64,000 bases of DNA, from IMG/VR virus record IMGVR_UViG_3300029288_006769, positions 360,145-424,144 of that record, one strand, 5' to 3'. Positions 59,596-64,000 of the stretch are shown here, in pieces. Positions within the stretch are counted from its first letter, which is position 1. The number at the start of each line of letters is the position of its first letter. Made by a program: the position numbers and the translations under genes. The stretch comes from a virus. The notes below the pieces were generated by a model that was not told the DNA's origin, made no database searches, and saw nothing but the letters and a program-made list of their open reading frames with translations.

Positions 59596-60279
59596 TTAAG
59601 TAGACGTAGACTTCAAACGAGCCATACGAGCTGAAACACCTGATGTTCCGAGCGCCTGTCTCGTTTGATTTTCAAGTGATTCAGAAGTACCTGATTCTTT
59701 CATTGTCTGACTTTTAATCAGACGTTTCCTTGCTTCTTCTTTTCGAGTATTAAATGAAGAAAGCGCCGATGCTCCGGAATTTGAAGTGATTGTTGCAAGT
59801 TTCTCATTAGCTGAAGCCGCATCAGTCATTGCTTTGAGCGTAACAAGATCCGTTTCAGCCTGCTGCAAGGCGTTTTCAAGATCACGTCGAGTCGCCTGCT
59901 GTTCTTCGAGCAACCCTCGCTGTACCTTGAGCGCCTCTTCAATTGAAGTCACCTGCTTCTCGAGACTCTCGGCAGCCAGGCAATGTTGCTCAGCAAGTTG
60001 CTCATTTTTTGCAGCCATAAGAGCTTTGGCATCGTCGTCATGTTTTTTAATTTGGTTTTCAAAATCATGCTTCTTGTCTTCAAGAATCGCAATTTCGCCT
60101 TTGATTGATCCGATATTTCCCTTGACCTTATCAATATCACTGCGTAACTGAGCAAGATCTTGTTTGCCGAAATCGACAGCATGTTCTGCTGCAATCCCAT
60201 CTGCTGCTTTCTGAGCTCTTGCATCAGCAACTTTTCCGATGTTTGTAAACAGACTGAAAAAACCGCCACCTTTTCCCAT
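59596..60279 (-). CDS. pspA: PspA/IM30 family protein
   Basis: Amphipathic N-terminus, long Ala-rich coiled coil, C-terminal ARMARLK. Confidence 0.75.
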   Translation of the reverse strand: MGKGGGFFSLFTNIGKVADARAQKAADGIAAEHAVDFGKQDLAQLRSDIDKVKGNIGSIKGEIAILEDKKHDFENQIKKHDDDAKALMAAKNEQLAEQHCLAAESLEKQVTSIEEALKVQRGLLEEQQATRRDLENALQQAETDLVTLKAMTDAASANEKLATITSNSGASALSSFNTRKEEARKRLIKSQTMKESGTSESLENQTRQALGTSGVSARMARLKSTST

Positions 60280-60294
60280 ACTCTCACCTTCTTT

Positions 60295-60699
60295 CTATTC
60301 GACAATTGTTGAAATTTTTTCGACGCCTTGTTTAACCATACCGAGCGTCCAACCGAGAGCAGCCTCAAGCTCATTGAGATCGAGATTTGCGATTTCAAGA
60401 TTTTCCTTGAAGTAGACTTTTTTGCCATCCGAAGAGAATTTACCATGAACTGCCTGATGATTGAGTTCAAGCAGGTATTTGAACAGCAAAAACTGTTTTG
60501 ATTCATCTTCAGGCACATCACAGATTTCTGATGCAATGCACACTAAAGTCGGTTCGACATCAATAAGACAGGAAAAACCTTCAGGTCCCCTGACTTCGAA
60601 AATATCTTCTCGAGTCTGGTTGTAGGCAATTCCTTCGATGTCGCACAACATTCCCAGAACAATAGAAGCATTCTGGATTTCAATTGTTGACACTGTCAT
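60295..60699 (-). CDS. YbjN/CesT-like chaperone-fold protein
   Basis: LFKYLLELN...HGKF...NLD..EL; adjacent to PspA. Confidence 0.6.
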   Translation of the reverse strand: MTVSTIEIQNASIVLGMLCDIEGIAYNQTREDIFEVRGPEGFSCLIDVEPTLVCIASEICDVPEDESKQFLLFKYLLELNHQAVHGKFSSDGKKVYFKENLEIANLDLNELEAALGWTLGMVKQGVEKISTIVE

Positions 60700-60714
60700 A
60701 CTTCACCCTTTCAT

Positions 60715-61308
60715 TTAATGATTGTGTAACAACTCAACATCATCAACACGTACTTCACATCCGTACCACACTTCAATGAACCCCCCAAGCTTATTGCCTG
60801 TCCATTCAATAAAACAATGAGGATTACCACGAGAATCATCAGCTGTAAAATATTCAGCAATAGTTTTCGGGTCGCTCTCACCGGATTGTGTCGACTTTGT
60901 TTCAATCCCAAACTTGCTATCACCTTGACGATCCCACGTGACTTCTACATCATCTTCACCGAAATGAAGAGTTGCATTGAACCGATCAATCAGATCATCC
61001 TTGAGTGCATCAAACAATGGGACAAAATCTTCAGATGGACCACTTGAATCCATATAAAAAACCCGAAGATCAAAATTTGCCCCGATTTGTCTGACCATAA
61101 GCATGATTGTTTGTTCATCACCGACAGATGGTTTATAAGAAGCAAAATAGCAGGTATAGGTAAAATAACTGCTTGGTTCTTTATAAGTTCTGACCTCAGT
61201 GATTATAAAATCGACACTTAACATATTAAATTCAGTTTGGGTTTGAAGATCGCTTAAAGTAACAATGTCGTTTTTCCCAAACCCAAGATACTCTTTAATA
61301 GTTTTCAT
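60715..61308 (-). CDS. Hypothetical beta-rich protein of the PspA cluster
   Basis: MKTIKE..., ATGA-coupled to upstream gene. Confidence 0.55.
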   Translation of the reverse strand: MKTIKEYLGFGKNDIVTLSDLQTQTEFNMLSVDFIITEVRTYKEPSSYFTYTCYFASYKPSVGDEQTIMLMVRQIGANFDLRVFYMDSSGPSEDFVPLFDALKDDLIDRFNATLHFGEDDVEVTWDRQGDSKFGIETKSTQSGESDPKTIAEYFTADDSRGNPHCFIEWTGNKLGGFIEVWYGCEVRVDDVELLHNH

Positions 61309-62075
61309 GAGAACTTCTTTCTTAAGAAGATAGCAGCACAAACAATCACACCAATGATTACCAAGAATGTAATCAGAACAGCAGTTCCTGACACTGGTGT
61401 ATGTCGAATTGGTTTTCCATAGTTATCCCACTCACCATAACCATGGTGTGCCATCGTCATGTTGTCAGCAATCATATCAGCTGCAACAAGTGCCACAAGC
61501 ATATTTGTGGTTGGATCGACACGACCATATCCATAACCACCTCCTGGCAGTTGTCCATAGGTTACTGGTACTGAAGAACCATTATATACAACAGTCTTCG
61601 GTATATAGTCAGGTGTCGTTGTAGGAGCAGTCGGAGTCGTAAATTTATTTGCATTAGCCATTTTTTGACGATATGCAGTTTCAGCTGAAGCTTTAGTGCC
61701 GTACGTTTTTATTGCCGTCGTATTTTTTTGCGCCATAGTTTTTCGAGTTTGTCTGTCGAGTGTACTTGTCGAAACAGCTCTGGGTTTCGTAGATTTCGAA
61801 GTACCTGATGAAGAAAAAGATGAGCCCGAATTTTTACGTGAACCTATAGATGAAGATGTTGGTGCCGTAGCTTTTTTTGTTGTCCCTGAACTGCTTCTGA
61901 ATGTTGAACCGCTGTTTGACCTTGATGGGCTCGAGCTTGAACTTCTGAAACTCGAGCCTGACGATCTAGAACTGCTACTGCTCCTTGATGAACTGGTCGA
62001 TCCACGAGCAATAATATCAGAAACACCTATGAGTACTGACAAACAAAGCACAAAATGAAAAGGTGCTATTTTCAT
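61305..62075 (-). CDS. Exported Ser/Thr-rich membrane-anchored protein
   Basis: Signal peptide, poly-Ser low-complexity tract, C-terminal TM helix. Confidence 0.7.
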   Translation of the reverse strand: MKIAPFHFVLCLSVLIGVSDIIARGSTSSSRSSSSSRSSGSSFRSSSSSPSRSNSGSTFRSSSGTTKKATAPTSSSIGSRKNSGSSFSSSGTSKSTKPRAVSTSTLDRQTRKTMAQKNTTAIKTYGTKASAETAYRQKMANANKFTTPTAPTTTPDYIPKTVVYNGSSVPVTYGQLPGGGYGYGRVDPTTNMLVALVAADMIADNMTMAHHGYGEWDNYGKPIRHTPVSGTAVLITFLVIIGVIVCAAIFLRKKFS

Positions 62076-62204
62076 TCTGAACTCCTTTCTTTTAATTTGA
62101 ATTAATAATGCACATACTTTCTAACGACTTACTTTAATTTATATCTAAAAAAACTACAAGGGCTAATTTTGTTTTCAGTATAATTATTTAGAATAGAGCA
62201 ACTT

Positions 62205-62711
62205 ATGGACGATTTAGTTCAAATAAAGTTTGAAAAATTTTGTGGACAGATCAAAAAATCAAAATTGTCCCATTCTATTATTAGAACAAAAATAGAACAA
62301 TGTGACAAAAGTCTATCTATATGGAAAGAGAAACTTAATGACTTAGAAAAAACTTTAGGTATTGGAACAGCATATTGGGGTATTATTTCTTTAGAAAGCA
62401 AATTTAGCAATTATTGTAGACTTTGTATAGAAGTAAAAGATGATGGTTTCCATTTAGAGTTTCTCAAAGGTTCACCCTTTGATAGTTTTTTAAAAACAGT
62501 ACAATGTTTTGAAGAGGATGAAGTTATTTGTTATAATGGGGATGACAGTCTAATAAAATTAGCAATTAAATATAGAAAAAAAGGACTTTTAAAACCTTTT
62601 GAGAAAAACCAAGATTTTATAGATAAATATTTCTATAATTACATGCATATTATGAAACGTGAATTAATATTAAGATTTTACAACTTTTTAATTGAGCAAT
62701 ATAATGAATAA
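62205..62711 (+). CDS. Hypothetical protein
   Basis: 168 aa ORF. Confidence 0.5.
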   Translation: MDDLVQIKFEKFCGQIKKSKLSHSIIRTKIEQCDKSLSIWKEKLNDLEKTLGIGTAYWGIISLESKFSNYCRLCIEVKDDGFHLEFLKGSPFDSFLKTVQCFEEDEVICYNGDDSLIKLAIKYRKKGLLKPFEKNQDFIDKYFYNYMHIMKRELILRFYNFLIEQYNE

Positions 62712-63234
62712 ACTAATTTTCCCCCTTCAATTTGCTTTTATTATGTGGCTTGTGTTTTTTATTGATGCTCTTATTATACCTATAAATTTTAATAAATATG
62801 GCATTCTACCAAGACATATAGAAGGTCTTATAGGAATTCTTCTTATGCCCTTTCTTCATGCAAATTTGTTTCATCTTATTAGCAATACAATACCCATTAT
62901 TATTTTACTTTGTATTGTTTCATTCTTCTTTTCAAAAAATTTAGAAATTGTAACAAGTATTTCCACTTTAGGCGGATTCTTTCTATGGCTTGTAGGTCGT
63001 AATTCTTACCATGTTGGTGCAAGCCTTTTAATCTTCGGTCTTGCAAGTTTCATTATATTCTTTGGAATCTTTAAAAAACAATTTTTTCCTTTAATTCTTT
63101 CAATTTTAATTTGTATAACTTACGGGACATCTCTACTTATTGGGCTCCTGCCTATTTTCCCGGGTGTTTCATGGGAGGCACATTTATGTGGTACTGTTGC
63201 TGGATTCATAACAGCAAAACAATTGGCAAAATAA
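62704..63234 (+). CDS. Rhomboid family intramembrane serine protease
   Basis: FLHANLFHLISN, HVGAS, SWEAHLCG. Confidence 0.9.
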   Translation: MNKLIFPLQFAFIMWLVFFIDALIIPINFNKYGILPRHIEGLIGILLMPFLHANLFHLISNTIPIIILLCIVSFFFSKNLEIVTSISTLGGFFLWLVGRNSYHVGASLLIFGLASFIIFFGIFKKQFFPLILSILICITYGTSLLIGLLPIFPGVSWEAHLCGTVAGFITAKQLAK

Positions 63235-63379
63235 AAATAATGAAGGATATTATATAAATATGAGTGATATTACTGTCTATTTAACTACAACAAAATGGAC
63301 AATTGCAACAGATCATCCAAATCATGATTTTTTTGTAAAAAAAGATGTCCCTGTCTGTTGTGCTGCAATGATAATTGCT

Positions 63380-63565
63380 TCATTTGGATTCTCTCCCCAA
63401 CCCGGTTTCTGTGATTTCATCTTCATACCGTCTTGCATATAAGTGCCCTGATTTACTTTGCCTATGCAGGCCCCATTTAAATTTTGACAAATACTCATAA
63501 TCAGCATCATCAACTAAGCATTCATACTCTTTCTTCCTTTGGTCTCTCAGCAATATGATTTGCAT
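63380..63565 (-). pseudogene. Truncated N-terminus of an HNH/AP2-type homing endonuclease-like gene
   Basis: LVDDADYEYLSKFKW...YARR with AAGGAG SD; stops at 61 aa with no HNH core. Confidence 0.4.
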
Positions 63566-64000
63566 ATTAAACTCCTTGTTTTTAGTATCAGTAAAAAGTG
63601 TTTTATAAAAACAATGCTAAAAGTTGTTCATTTTGAACAACAAGTTGTTTACATTTGCAACTATTGTGAGTATATTAATATTTAGGGAGGTAAAAATGAC
63701 TGAGTATAGATTTAAAGAAGCAAAGAAAGCTGTACGGAGTAATATTTATGGTTTGATTGCCCGTATCAACAAAAGAACTAATGCAGCATTGTCAACCTAT
63801 TTAAAGAAGGGATCTGTTAATGAAAGAAGGAAAATGTGCAAAGTTCGCATCTATTTCAATACCGAGCAAAACGTATGAAAAATTGGTAGCGTATAGTAAG
63901 AAGTTCGATTTGTCAGTAAGGAGTTGTTCAAAAATATTGATTGAAGAGGGTATTAAAGATAATTCGTATGCAAAAAGGTTTACGCAAACTAAGGAGTAAA

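Noticed and set aside
59949-60536. 195 aa alternative-frame ORF
   Set aside because: Overlaps PspA and the YbjN-like gene, which have recognisable features and SD sites.
61780-62000. Tandem repeat
   Set aside because: Only low-complexity Ser codons within a CDS, with no fixed repeat unit.
1-64000. Alternative genetic code (stop-codon reassignment)
   Set aside because: Conserved genes are full length in code 11, all three stop codons end genes, and no suppressor tRNA is seen.

Overview
AT-rich window of a large (jumbo/huge) dsDNA bacteriophage read in the standard genetic code. It carries a terminase large subunit, a sigma-70-like factor, a split LigD/NHEJ set (phosphoesterase, primase-polymerase, ATP-dependent ligase), an M15 endolysin, nucleotide metabolism genes (ung, dut, class II RNR), a Ski2/Hel308-like helicase, and a 12-tRNA cluster invaded by two homing endonuclease ORFs. 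Many accessory genes relate to RNA repair and NAD/ADP-ribose (HNH-RNA ligase, intein-containing RtcB, PNK-like kinase, NadD, WGR-PARP, NADAR). A membrane module (GluR0-like K+ channel, PspA, rhomboid) lies at the right end. The standout is an unannotated array of four ~140-155 nt RNAs at 38869-39507 with its own promoter and terminator. Each has the same conserved stem/internal-loop scaffold grafted onto a tRNA-like body. Two bodies are in normal order, one is circularly permuted at the D-loop and one at the variable arm, and all keep an anticodon arm. The array sits directly upstream of an operon encoding a ubiquitin-like protein, a TROVE(Ro60)-vWA protein, a possible E2-like protein, a JAB peptidase, a ThiF/E1 enzyme, a kinase and a PARP. 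I interpret it as a phage Ro60/Y-RNA-like tRNA-mimic system coupled to ubiquitin-like conjugation. All calls come from motif recognition by eye; no searches were run.
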